A stretch of DNA of 60,771 bases, filler included. It is 6 parts of 6 records of this genome, joined end to end, with 100 filler letters (N's around TTAATTAATTAA, not from the genome) between each part and the next. Parts side by side here need not be neighbours in the genome. Positions count along the whole stretch, not along the records: positions 1 to 21,687 come from SRR31156797_27725; 5 more parts are not named here. One strand, written 5' to 3'. The first letter of the stretch is position 1, and every line of letters starts with the position of its first letter. The position numbers were made by a program, and so were the translations under genes. The notes beneath the pieces are model-generated. The model saw only the letters and a program-made list of their open reading frames with translations, was not told where the DNA came from and searched no databases. Below, in pieces: positions 1-9,171 of the stretch.

Positions 1-247
1 TTATGCAAGCAAAGTACGCTTAATCCGGAATAACCTAATAAACTGCAATCAAAGGCTTTTGTTGTGAATAATAAGCAAAAATCTTATCTGGAAGAAGGGG
101 GCTGACTATAGAGTTATCCATAATTATTTACCCATCTTTTAACGTTCTATGCCGCAATGGATTTACATCAGAGGCTGATCTGGTATACTCTGATTTTTTC
201 ATAGGAAATTTATTTCCAAAGCCTTCAATGCAATATCTATCATAATC

Positions 248-1864
248 ATGTTTTTTTTCTTTCGTATTATTCCACTGCTCGCGCTTATCTTTGCTATGGG
301 CTTAGTTTCTACAGACCAAGCTAAGGCGGATACACCGCAATATGATCTTGTCTTTGCCTGGGACAAGGATCTTAACAGTGTCTTGGATTACAAAGAAGAG
401 CTGGAGGTTCTTTTTGAGTCAGATACCAGCAAGCACCTTAAAATTGTAAAAAGAGACAACGAGTATGGTGTAATTTATGATTGCAACGCATCGGTTAAGG
501 CCATCCTTAAGGTGATCGTCAAGTATGGCACAGTCCTACAGGACGCAGGGTTGGATCAGGCTTTCGCAGTTGAGGACAAGGGCTATCATGAGTTATTTAA
601 TGTCAGTTATGGCTATGGCCCCAACTTGGACGCCATGAAAAATAACTATCAAATAATATATACATACCTTGGAAAATCCGTCGGAAAAGATCTCTATATC
701 GAACAAGACGAGAAGGAAAATTATATGCTGGTCTACCGTCGAAACGGTGATCGTTCTTCAACCTCGATCGTAGCCAAACGGCACGGTCGTTTGCTTCGTA
801 AAAAAGGGATAAAAACAACCATCGCTGAAGAGTTCAACAATCCGGTTGTCTATGGAGAGTCTACTTACCTCCATGGAGAGGACGAACTGCAGCTGGAAAT
901 CTTAAAAAATCAGGTTGCAGAGCTTCCGGCAGTTAGCGCGCAAGAACCTATCTCGCCGACGATACTGCGGCCTGTAAAGATAAAGGTTGCTGTCCATGGA
1001 GATACTTCAAAGGCATCAGCCACTGTTATTAAAGTTCCCGATCCAGAATCACCCAAAATCACTGCTGAACTCCAGGGGAGCTCTAACTCGCGCATCGAAA
1101 AAAAAGTTGAAAAGTACATCAAGCAGTTACGCCGAAAAGGTAAACTTCGTGGTGACGAAAAAACCGGGTGGATGGTTTACGACCTCAACCGTGATATTAG
1201 CCTGGTTGATATTAATGCCAATCAAACGTTTCAAGCTGCAAGTATGATTAAGCCTTTTCTTGCACTTGCATTTTTTCATGAGGTTCGTCAGGGTACACTT
1301 AAATATGGTCCAAAAAGCAGAAAAAATATGGAGGCCATGATTCAACGCAGCAGTAATTCCGCAACAAATTGGGTTATGCGGCAGGTTGGTGGCCCTGCAA
1401 AGTGTCAAAGGCTATTAACACGGCATTACCGCAATCTATTCAAACAACTTCGTATCGTTGAATATATACCTAAAGGAGGTCGTACCTACCGCAATAAGGC
1501 TCTCCCATCAGATTATATCCGCTTTCTTCGCGCTTTATGGAATAAGGAGCTTCCTTATAGCAAAGAAATCAGCCGCCTCATGTCTCTTCCTGGTCGAGAC
1601 CGGCTTTACTATGGAACTCCTATTCCCCAAGGGACGCTCGTTTACAATAAGACAGGAACAACTGCACATCTATGCGGCGATATGGGGATTCTTGCGCCTA
1701 AAACCAGCAATAGTGGAAGGTACCCATATGCAATCGTTGGCATTATTGAGCGCAGCTCCCGCCCCTCTAATTACAAACAGTGGATGCGGTCCCGGGGGAG
1801 GGTAATCAGGCAGGTTTCTACACTTGTTTATGAAGATTTAAAAAAGAACCATACATTACTATAA
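248..1864 (+). CDS. Secreted serine hydrolase (class A beta-lactamase-like/PBP-A domain) with long N-terminal extension
   Basis: Signal peptide; C-terminal domain has SxxK (ASMIK), SxN (SSN) and KTG (KTGT) motifs. Confidence 0.8.
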   Translation: MFFFFRIIPLLALIFAMGLVSTDQAKADTPQYDLVFAWDKDLNSVLDYKEELEVLFESDTSKHLKIVKRDNEYGVIYDCNASVKAILKVIVKYGTVLQDAGLDQAFAVEDKGYHELFNVSYGYGPNLDAMKNNYQIIYTYLGKSVGKDLYIEQDEKENYMLVYRRNGDRSSTSIVAKRHGRLLRKKGIKTTIAEEFNNPVVYGESTYLHGEDELQLEILKNQVAELPAVSAQEPISPTILRPVKIKVAVHGDTSKASATVIKVPDPESPKITAELQGSSNSRIEKKVEKYIKQLRRKGKLRGDEKTGWMVYDLNRDISLVDINANQTFQAASMIKPFLALAFFHEVRQGTLKYGPKSRKNMEAMIQRSSNSATNWVMRQVGGPAKCQRLLTRHYRNLFKQLRIVEYIPKGGRTYRNKALPSDYIRFLRALWNKELPYSKEISRLMSLPGRDRLYYGTPIPQGTLVYNKTGTTAHLCGDMGILAPKTSNSGRYPYAIVGIIERSSRPSNYKQWMRSRGRVIRQVSTLVYEDLKKNHTLL

Positions 1865-2235
1865 GCGTCGTCAATAAATCTCAACAAAAAGTTTGATCAT
1901 TCTAATTTCACCTTACGTGCCGTCTGTGAACTGAAACCCCAGGTACCCAGTGCCTTTTTTTTACATATTGTTCCACATGCCCAGGCATAACAAACAGTCC
2001 CAATCATAAGTACCCCAATATCGGATCAGCACTACTAAATCTGACCTATACACAGGCTTTATAATACTTTTCCCTACCTGTAACCTGCGCAAAAAATCCT
2101 TTGTTCAGCAATAGGGTAAGTGAAAAACGTACCCGCCTTATCGGAATAAATGTCTTTGTCTACAAGCCAATCACCATGTCAGGCTTGAACAAATCCATAA
2201 GAGATATTTGGGATGGATGATGGTGTCACTTTATT

Positions 2236-2264
2236 GATGACGAGGCCCAACGAGCCTCGTCATC
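2236..2264. terminator. Inverted repeat, likely terminator
   Basis: gatgacgaggc-N7-gcctcgtcatc between convergent genes. Confidence 0.55.
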
Positions 2265-2309
2265 TCATTTGCTTTGATTACTGTCACTGGTCTTTCTTTC
2301 TGCAAAAGA

Positions 2310-2966
2310 TCAGTGACGTCCCATCATGTAGAATTCGTCATCCGGGCGAATCGCAGCAAAGTTCATCATTCGATTGGAGAGGTTAAAGAAAGAGGTGATA
2401 CCAGCAATGTCCCAAATGTCTTTGTCCGAGAAGCCGTGAGGTCGCAGAGTTTCAAAATCTTCTTGGTTAATGGAGCGGGAATCATTCGTCATCTTCATTG
2501 CAAAATCAATCATTGTTTTCTGGCGAGCGGTGATATCTGCTTCTTTGTAGTTCACTGCAATCTGGTCTGCAATGGTTGGGTTCCCTGTTGCAACCCTAAG
2601 CGCTGCTCCATGTGACTGTACACAATAGGAGCAGCCATTATGGTTGGAATGAGCAATAATGAGCATTTCCTTTTCAGGTGGTGTCAGACCGCTTTCTTTA
2701 CCCATCAGGGCATTATTGTAAGCCAGGAAAGCGCGGAATTCATCTGGACGATGGGCTAGGGCAACCAGAACATTTGGGATAAAGCCTAATTGCTCTTTGA
2801 ATCCAAGGATGTTTTTCTTAATGTCTTCCAGTTCCCTGATGCGGAATCTCTTTTTTCTGAACATGTTACGGAATGTGCACTTATTGTGGGTGCAACCCAA
2901 GGTTATTTGTATCAGCAAACTGTTCGCCTCTGTCCAAGGACGGTATACTCTTCCCTCGTATTGCAT
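2310..2966 (-). CDS. Chimeric ORF: radical-SAM N-terminal fragment fused to AhpD-like peroxidase-related enzyme
   Basis: Begins MQYEGRVYRPWTEANSLLIQITLGCTHNKCTFR (radical-SAM N-terminus), then GFIPNV..AHRPDEFRAF..CSYCVQSHGA (AhpD/CMD family). Start moved to ATG 2966 behind AGGT RBS. Confidence 0.75.
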   Translation of the reverse strand: MQYEGRVYRPWTEANSLLIQITLGCTHNKCTFRNMFRKKRFRIRELEDIKKNILGFKEQLGFIPNVLVALAHRPDEFRAFLAYNNALMGKESGLTPPEKEMLIIAHSNHNGCSYCVQSHGAALRVATGNPTIADQIAVNYKEADITARQKTMIDFAMKMTNDSRSINQEDFETLRPHGFSDKDIWDIAGITSFFNLSNRMMNFAAIRPDDEFYMMGRH

Positions 2967-2982
2967 TGCGTTTACCTGTTGA

Positions 2983-3792
2983 TTAGTGTGCTGTTTCAGC
3001 CAATAATGCCTCGATAATCCGAACAGTTTCATCACATTTTTGCGGGTTAAGAGCATCGGGGTGTGGAGAGGAAAATTGACCAATATCGTTGTCAAAATAT
3101 CTGCCTGAAGCATGCGCAAATTCATCTGAAAGTGCCGCACGACAAAGAATATCCGCACCGATACGGAGATCGCCTCCGGCCACCCCGTAAGCCTCTTGCA
3201 CTATCTTGCTGCCAAGCATTGACTTTGGGTTAACCGCGATGATAGCTGGACCGCCATCACCCAGGGTAAGAGCCACCTGGCGAGACCACATGGTAAGGGC
3301 CAGTTTGCTTTGCGCATACGCCGCACCATCAGACAAGTCCGTGCCTCCTTTAAGGGCTGCCAGATCAACTGGAAATTGCGCAGCAGAAGAGAGATTGATA
3401 ACCCTTGCGGATGTTCCAAGGAGCGGCATAAGCCGTTTTGTCAGCAGGTAGGGGGCAATAGTATTAACCGCAAAGCGCGCATCAAGCCCCGCCTGTGTCA
3501 TGACATTGGGTACGGCATACACTCCTGCGTTATTAATGAGCACATCAAGTGTCGTATGCTTTTTTGCAACGGCCTTTGCAAAAGCCTCTACATCAGTCAT
3601 GTTTGAGAGATCAGCCAGGTAGCTTTGAATGTTGCCGCCACCTGGTATGGCAGAGAGTTCTTCTTCTAGCTTCTCTAGTTTGTCAGTGTTACGTCCGTGC
3701 ACTAAAACAGTGTGGCCTGATGAGACCAACATTTTGGCTGTTTCCAGGCCAATACCGTCTGTTGCTCCGGTAATAAGAATTGTTTTATACAT
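2983..3792 (-). CDS. SDR family NAD(P)-dependent oxidoreductase
   Basis: TGATDGIG, NNAG and YAQSK motifs; start at MYKT behind GGAG RBS. Confidence 0.93.
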   Translation of the reverse strand: MYKTILITGATDGIGLETAKMLVSSGHTVLVHGRNTDKLEKLEEELSAIPGGGNIQSYLADLSNMTDVEAFAKAVAKKHTTLDVLINNAGVYAVPNVMTQAGLDARFAVNTIAPYLLTKRLMPLLGTSARVINLSSAAQFPVDLAALKGGTDLSDGAAYAQSKLALTMWSRQVALTLGDGGPAIIAVNPKSMLGSKIVQEAYGVAGGDLRIGADILCRAALSDEFAHASGRYFDNDIGQFSSPHPDALNPQKCDETVRIIEALLAETAH

Positions 3793-3869
3793 AGTGCTGT
3801 CTCCTTGTTTTGTTTGCATGCAGCTGCCTGTTTGTTTATTTCAGTAAACTGTAACAATGTCTCTGTTTG

Positions 3870-3918
3870 TTGATAATAGGCGTAATAATCGAATCAGTTT
3901 TTAGAATATATTGATAAT
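3870..3918. promoter_or_regulatory. Putative LysR-regulated control element, copy 1
   Basis: ttgataat-N14-aatcagtt-N11-ttgataat; same motifs and spacing recur at 4044-4092. Confidence 0.5.
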
Positions 3919-4043
3919 GGGAGCGTCCGATCAGTATTAATCCCTTAGTATCGCCTTATATTTTAGGTGGCCTAAAATCCTGAAAATAGAGTTGACTAGC
4001 TTTTTTTGATTGCGTGTCACTACTATAATTGCCAAAGTCTGTA

Positions 4044-4092
4044 TTGATAATTGGGTAAAATTTATAATCAGTTGATAGTTTTTGTTGATAAT
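4044..4092. promoter_or_regulatory. Putative LysR-regulated control element, copy 2
   Basis: ttgataat-N14-aatcagtt-N11-ttgataat immediately upstream of lysR. Confidence 0.5.
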
Positions 4093-4097
4093 TGAAG

Positions 4098-5003
4098 ATG
4101 AATATTGAACACCTCAAGCTTTTTATACGGGTCGCGACGACCAGCAACATCAGCCAGGCAGGGAAAGAACTCGGGCTGTCACCCGCGGTGGCAAGTGCGC
4201 ATATAAACAAACTGGAACAAGAGCTTGGCATTCGGCTGGTTCATCGAACCACACGGAAAGTTTCACTGACAGAAGAGGGGATGGCTTTTCTGCCTCACGC
4301 AGAAGCAGTGCTCGATAGTATTGAGGCCGCTCGAGCCTCTGTCGGAGCCGGGGACCCTTTGCCGAAAGGCCTTTTGAGGGTCACGGCGCCTGCTTCTTTT
4401 GGCCGTATGCATCTGATACCTGCATTAAAGGGCTTTTTATCTCGCTATCCTGATCTGGTTATTGATTTACGGCTGACAGATACAATTGTTGATTTGGTTG
4501 AAGGCGGTTTTGATATCGCTATTCGTAATGCAGATCTTAAAAGTTCAACCTTGATTGCACGTAAACTTGCATCTGATAATCGTATTGTCTGTGCGTCACC
4601 TGATTATCTTGCACAATTTGGTGAGCCCCGTTTACCCAAGGACTTGCGTAATCATCAATGCATTAATTTGGTCGGTCTTGAGAGCTGGGTGTTTGATACA
4701 CCAGATGGCCAGGTAAGTATTAAAACAAAGGGGCGTTTTCGCACCGATCACGGAGAAGCCGTCCGGGATGGCTGTGCAGACGGGTTAGGTATTGCGATGA
4801 GTGCCACATGGAGCGTCTATAAACACCTTGAACGAGGGGATTTGGTGCAGGTATTGAAAGACTACCCTTTGGCTTCCGAGGCTGCTATCTGGGCGGTTTA
4901 TCCTAGCTCGAGGCTTTTAGCTCCAAAAGTAAGAGCATTTATCGACTATTTGGGAGAGTGTTACGGGAGTCCTCCATACTGGGACCATAATTTGAATGAA
5001 TAG
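4098..5003 (+). CDS. LysR family transcriptional regulator (CrgA-like)
   Basis: N-terminal HTH (LEQELGIRLVHRTTRKVSLTEEG); CrgA-like effector domain ending APKVRAFID. Confidence 0.95.
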   Translation: MNIEHLKLFIRVATTSNISQAGKELGLSPAVASAHINKLEQELGIRLVHRTTRKVSLTEEGMAFLPHAEAVLDSIEAARASVGAGDPLPKGLLRVTAPASFGRMHLIPALKGFLSRYPDLVIDLRLTDTIVDLVEGGFDIAIRNADLKSSTLIARKLASDNRIVCASPDYLAQFGEPRLPKDLRNHQCINLVGLESWVFDTPDGQVSIKTKGRFRTDHGEAVRDGCADGLGIAMSATWSVYKHLERGDLVQVLKDYPLASEAAIWAVYPSSRLLAPKVRAFIDYLGECYGSPPYWDHNLNE

Positions 5004-5280
5004 CTATATGCCTTTTGACAAAAGGTAACTCCGTTCTTATCAATGTTTTGTTTTTAAAACTATTTAACGAATTAAAAACAACCTTGCCTTATCCACGATC
5101 TATAGCTGTTCAGCCATCCTCCAGATGTGCACAAGCAAGCTGGGTTCCTATAAGTATGCTAAATTTTCTCGGCAGATCGGGCGCAGTGGTAAACGCATAT
5201 TTGGGGTGTGCTGTTGAATTTAGATTTGTTTTCTAAGGCAGGAAGTGATTATTCATAAGTATTACAAAAGGACTAACAAT

Positions 5281-6159
5281 ATGAAATGGCTCGTCATACT
5301 CGACCCGATTGAAGGGCTTATAGAAGCAACAGATACCTCACTTGCCCTTATCAAGCAGGCACGATCCCAGGGTGTAGAGGTCGACACATCCACCATGGAT
5401 CTTCTCTATTTTTCCGGCAAGGCGCTGGTTATAGGGAGGGCAGAAGACGGGGAGGATCACTGTCGGGGATTGGACGAATACGATCTCATTTTTATGAGAA
5501 AGGAGCCGCCCTACGATCTCGCCTTCCATTATGCCACTCAACTGCTCTCTTTGACCAATACCCCGGTGGTAAACAGCCCGGAATCCCTGCGCAATTTTAA
5601 CGAAAAGCTGATAGCTCTGCCTTTCTCAGCCCACATGCCTCCGACTATGGTTGGCTCAAACCAGGAACTGATAGGGACGTTTATCAAAGAGCACGGGACC
5701 TGTGTGATTAAGTCTCTGGACAGCTTTCAGGGAAAATCGGTAAGTCGGATAGAACCTGGACAGGAAAGACTGGTGGAGGATTTCACAGGTGGGGGAGTCT
5801 ACCCCGTAATGGTGCAGAAATTTCTTGAGAGGGTTTATGAGGGAGATAAACGCGTCATCATGCTGGGTAAAAAGGTGCTGGGGGCAGCAATGAGGAAGCC
5901 AAGGAGCGGCTATCATGCCAATTTTGCCAGCAGCGATGCGTTGAAAACACGACTCACTTCCCGTGAGCAAAAAATTATTGACGAGGTCGGGCCGTGGATG
6001 GTCGACCAGGGCATACACTTTTCCGGTCTTGATTTTATCGGGGAGCACCTCACCGAAATCAATATCACCTGTCCTACGGGCATCATCCAGATATCTAAGC
6101 TGGACGAGACGGACCTGCCGCATCAGATTGTTGATTATTTTATTCAAATGTCGAGGTAA
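5281..6159 (+). CDS. gshB: Glutathione synthetase-like ATP-grasp ligase
   Basis: DTSLAL, MRKEPPYD, NEKL, GDKR, GLDFIG..LTEINITCPTG motifs of prokaryotic GshB. Confidence 0.8.
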   Translation: MKWLVILDPIEGLIEATDTSLALIKQARSQGVEVDTSTMDLLYFSGKALVIGRAEDGEDHCRGLDEYDLIFMRKEPPYDLAFHYATQLLSLTNTPVVNSPESLRNFNEKLIALPFSAHMPPTMVGSNQELIGTFIKEHGTCVIKSLDSFQGKSVSRIEPGQERLVEDFTGGGVYPVMVQKFLERVYEGDKRVIMLGKKVLGAAMRKPRSGYHANFASSDALKTRLTSREQKIIDEVGPWMVDQGIHFSGLDFIGEHLTEINITCPTGIIQISKLDETDLPHQIVDYFIQMSR

Positions 6160-6169
6160 GACTGACGCA

Positions 6170-7084
6170 ATGAATGCCCTTTCTATAACCAATTTACAAA
6201 AAACATACGCCAGCGGATTTCAAGCGTTAAAAGGTGTTGACCTGAAGGTCCCCAAAGGAGAGTTCTTTGCTCTGCTTGGTCCAAACGGTGCCGGGAAAAC
6301 AACCACTATTGGGATAGTTACCTCTCTTGTGACAAAGAGCGAAGGCAAGGTAGAGATTTTTGGAGTCGATATAGATAAGGACTTTTCCCGAGCCAAGAAA
6401 CTTATAGGTGTGGTTCCCCAGGAGTATAATTTTTCTATTTTTGAAAAGGTACAGGACATCGTCACCCAGCAGGCAGGTTATTACGGTATACCTAGGGGCA
6501 AAGCTCTGGTTAATGCAGAATATTATCTGCGTAAGCTTGGGCTATGGGAGAAGCGAGACAGTGCCGCCAAAGAACTTTCCGGGGGGATGAAAAGAAGACT
6601 TATGATAGCAAGGGGGCTTGTCCACGAGCCTGAATTGTTGATACTGGATGAACCTACCGCAGGGGTGGATGTCGAGCTGCGGCGCGGCATGTGGGACTTT
6701 CTACTAGAGCTCAACAGCCAGGGGAAAACCATCATCCTCACTACTCATTATCTGGAAGAAGCAGAGCAGCTCTGTAACACCATAGCCATTATAAACGGTG
6801 GCAAGATCATCGAAAATACAGATAAGAAGACTCTTTTAAATAAGCTGGACCATGAGACGTTTGTGTTTGAGGTCGACTCAATGGAGAGCAAAGAGGAAAT
6901 TCCACCGTTGACAGGAACCAGCTTCGAGACTGTTGACGCGACCACCCTGGAGATAACCAAGTCGAAAGAGCAGTCCATGAGCGCTATTTTTAATCATCTT
7001 GCAGCAAGTCATATAAAGGTTCAGTCCATGCGAAATAAATCTAACCGGCTTGAAGAACTGTTCATGGAGCTGGTGGAACAATGA
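6170..7084 (+). CDS. ABC transporter ATP-binding protein (YadG-like)
   Basis: Walker A GPNGAGKT, LSGGMKRR signature, ILDEPT; start moved to ATG 6170. Confidence 0.93.
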   Translation: MNALSITNLQKTYASGFQALKGVDLKVPKGEFFALLGPNGAGKTTTIGIVTSLVTKSEGKVEIFGVDIDKDFSRAKKLIGVVPQEYNFSIFEKVQDIVTQQAGYYGIPRGKALVNAEYYLRKLGLWEKRDSAAKELSGGMKRRLMIARGLVHEPELLILDEPTAGVDVELRRGMWDFLLELNSQGKTIILTTHYLEEAEQLCNTIAIINGGKIIENTDKKTLLNKLDHETFVFEVDSMESKEEIPPLTGTSFETVDATTLEITKSKEQSMSAIFNHLAASHIKVQSMRNKSNRLEELFMELVEQ

Positions 7085-7848
7085 AAGAGAACCTGATATC
7101 GCTTGGCACAATAGCTAGAAAGGAAATCATCCGGATTTTTCGTATTTGGATACAAACATTGGTACCTCCGGTCATAACCTTGAGCCTCTATTTCATTATC
7201 TTTGGCAGCTTTATCGGCTCTCAGTTGCGAGATATTGAGGGGTACAGTTACATGGCATTTATCGCCCCTGGGCTAATTATGATGTCTATTATCACTAACT
7301 CTTACACCAATACTGTTTCCTCTTTTTTTAGTGCAAAGTTCCAGCGCAATATAGAGGAACTACTGGTAAGTCCGACCCCAAGTTGGGTGATCATACTCGG
7401 CTATGTTGCAGGAGGCATGGTGCGGGGATTAAGTGTAGGGCTTCTTGTATCCTTGGTTAGTCTTTTATTTATCAGGCTGCCGATCCATAACATCTTTTAC
7501 ACTGTACTTTTCGGCCTGCTCACTAGTTTTGTATTCTCGTTGGCCGGGATGATCAACGGGGTATTTGCCAAAAAATTTGATGACATTTCCATTATCCCCA
7601 CCTTTGTCATCACTCCTCTTACATATCTGGGGGGAGTTTTTTACTCTTTGAGCCTTCTTCCCGGCTTCTGGCAGACGGTATCGAAAGCGAACCCCATCGT
7701 TTATATGATCAACGGGTTTCGTTACGGTTTCCTGGGTATCTCCGATATTAGTGTCTCAACCGGGTTGACCATGCTGATTTTCTTTTCAGTGGTGCTTTTT
7801 TCAGCGAACATTTATTTGTTGAGGAAAGGGGTTGGGGTAAGGAGCTGA
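7081..7848 (+). CDS. ABC-2 transporter permease (YadH-like)
   Basis: RIWIQTLVPP, SSFFSAKFQRNIEELLVSP, YLGGVFYS; ATGA overlap with the ATPase gene. Confidence 0.93.
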   Translation: MKENLISLGTIARKEIIRIFRIWIQTLVPPVITLSLYFIIFGSFIGSQLRDIEGYSYMAFIAPGLIMMSIITNSYTNTVSSFFSAKFQRNIEELLVSPTPSWVIILGYVAGGMVRGLSVGLLVSLVSLLFIRLPIHNIFYTVLFGLLTSFVFSLAGMINGVFAKKFDDISIIPTFVITPLTYLGGVFYSLSLLPGFWQTVSKANPIVYMINGFRYGFLGISDISVSTGLTMLIFFSVVLFSANIYLLRKGVGVRS

Positions 7849-7881
7849 GAAGTTTTAGAGCTGCAATATTGATGTACAATT

Positions 7882-7921
7882 AAAAAAACACTCCGGCTTA
7901 GAACAGCCGGAGTGTTTTTTT
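7882..7921. terminator. Bidirectional intrinsic terminator
   Basis: aaaaaaacactccggct-N6-agccggagtgttttttt between convergent genes. Confidence 0.9.
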
Positions 7922-7937
7922 ACGCGTTACTTGATTA

Positions 7938-8561
7938 TTAAAAAGTCTTTACAAATTCAATACCTTCTTTTTTGTAACCGGCTATAAACTCGGGAAGATT
8001 GGATACCTTATCAATAAGCTGTTCTACATTTTTGCCAAGTGTAATGTCTATACCAGGGAAAGCTTTCCCCCAACTTGAGTAGATTGTTGCCAAGTAGTCC
8101 ACAATTGTTGGTTGGTCACCCGTAATAAATTCTTTCTTTTCTAATTCCTTGTCAAGAATTGCCCATAAACTTGAAATAGATGGTGCTAGTTGTTTGAGTA
8201 TGCTGCTTTTCTCATTATCACCCAATTCTACTCTGTACAGCATCGCAAACATCTTCCCGTAAGCAGGATGGAGTGTTGCATAATCAAACATCATCAACCT
8301 GAGAAATTCAGCTTTTTTTGAAAGTTCAGCCGGTAACATTGGTGAATTGTGTTTTTCAAGAAGGTAAAGAACAATTGCTGCCCCTTCTGTGATAATTTGG
8401 CCATCAGGCAATTTTAATGCTGGTACCTGGTTAGTTGGCACAAGCTCAGAATAATTTGGCACGTCTTCGCGTTTAACCAGTGTATATTCAAGGCGTAGTT
8501 TTTCCAAAAGGACTGTTATGGCAGAAGAACAAGACCCGGGAATAGTATAAAGTGTATACAT
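7938..8561 (-). CDS. Glutathione S-transferase family protein
   Basis: YTIPGSCS, NQVPAL..ITEGAAI..YL, GDQPTIVD motifs (beta-class-like GST). Confidence 0.9.
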   Translation of the reverse strand: MYTLYTIPGSCSSAITVLLEKLRLEYTLVKREDVPNYSELVPTNQVPALKLPDGQIITEGAAIVLYLLEKHNSPMLPAELSKKAEFLRLMMFDYATLHPAYGKMFAMLYRVELGDNEKSSILKQLAPSISSLWAILDKELEKKEFITGDQPTIVDYLATIYSSWGKAFPGIDITLGKNVEQLIDKVSNLPEFIAGYKKEGIEFVKTF

Positions 8562-9171
8562 GGTATCTCCATTTGTGTGTGGCTAGCTGTGTAGATTCTG
8601 AACAATCTATGGCGACGTCAGATTCGTTAGTTCGATAACTATGAATCAGTTATTGAGTCATCGAAATCTTACAGTAACCATTGTTTATTGTCGCACAACC
8701 GGTCTACAGGTTTGTCAACCTTTTGGGAAAAAATTGAATTCAATTCAAGAAATGTCAGATTTTTTGGTTTGTGCCAGCTTTGAAAGCAAAAGACATCGAA
8801 TGAGAAGGTAGGCTGCGTTAAGCAAAAGCATTGGGATGATATAACGATGCTGCAGTTCCAGGGTACAGTCATGCTCAAAATAAGAATGACTGTCTTTTCG
8901 CTAAATCGACAAATAATTTTTCATAAAAAAAGGGGTTTTTTAAAGTCAAGTGAGGAAAATCCATCTCTTATCCTAGCCCCTGATCTCAGCAACGTAACGT
9001 TCAAACTCTTTTTTATTGTTGAATATCACAAATACAAACCCGTAACTCTAACCATGAACACGTAATCTAGGTTACGTATATGTAATTCGACACATCGATA
9101 ATCTCTCTAGATTTTCGATAAGAGCTCGGTATGTTAACATTTTATAACACGGTATATTTTTTGCTTAACAT

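Noticed and set aside
2967-3158. N-terminal extension of the 282-aa ORF in the track
   Set aside because: Mostly overlaps the SDR gene in another frame; recognisable protein begins at ATG 2966 behind an RBS.
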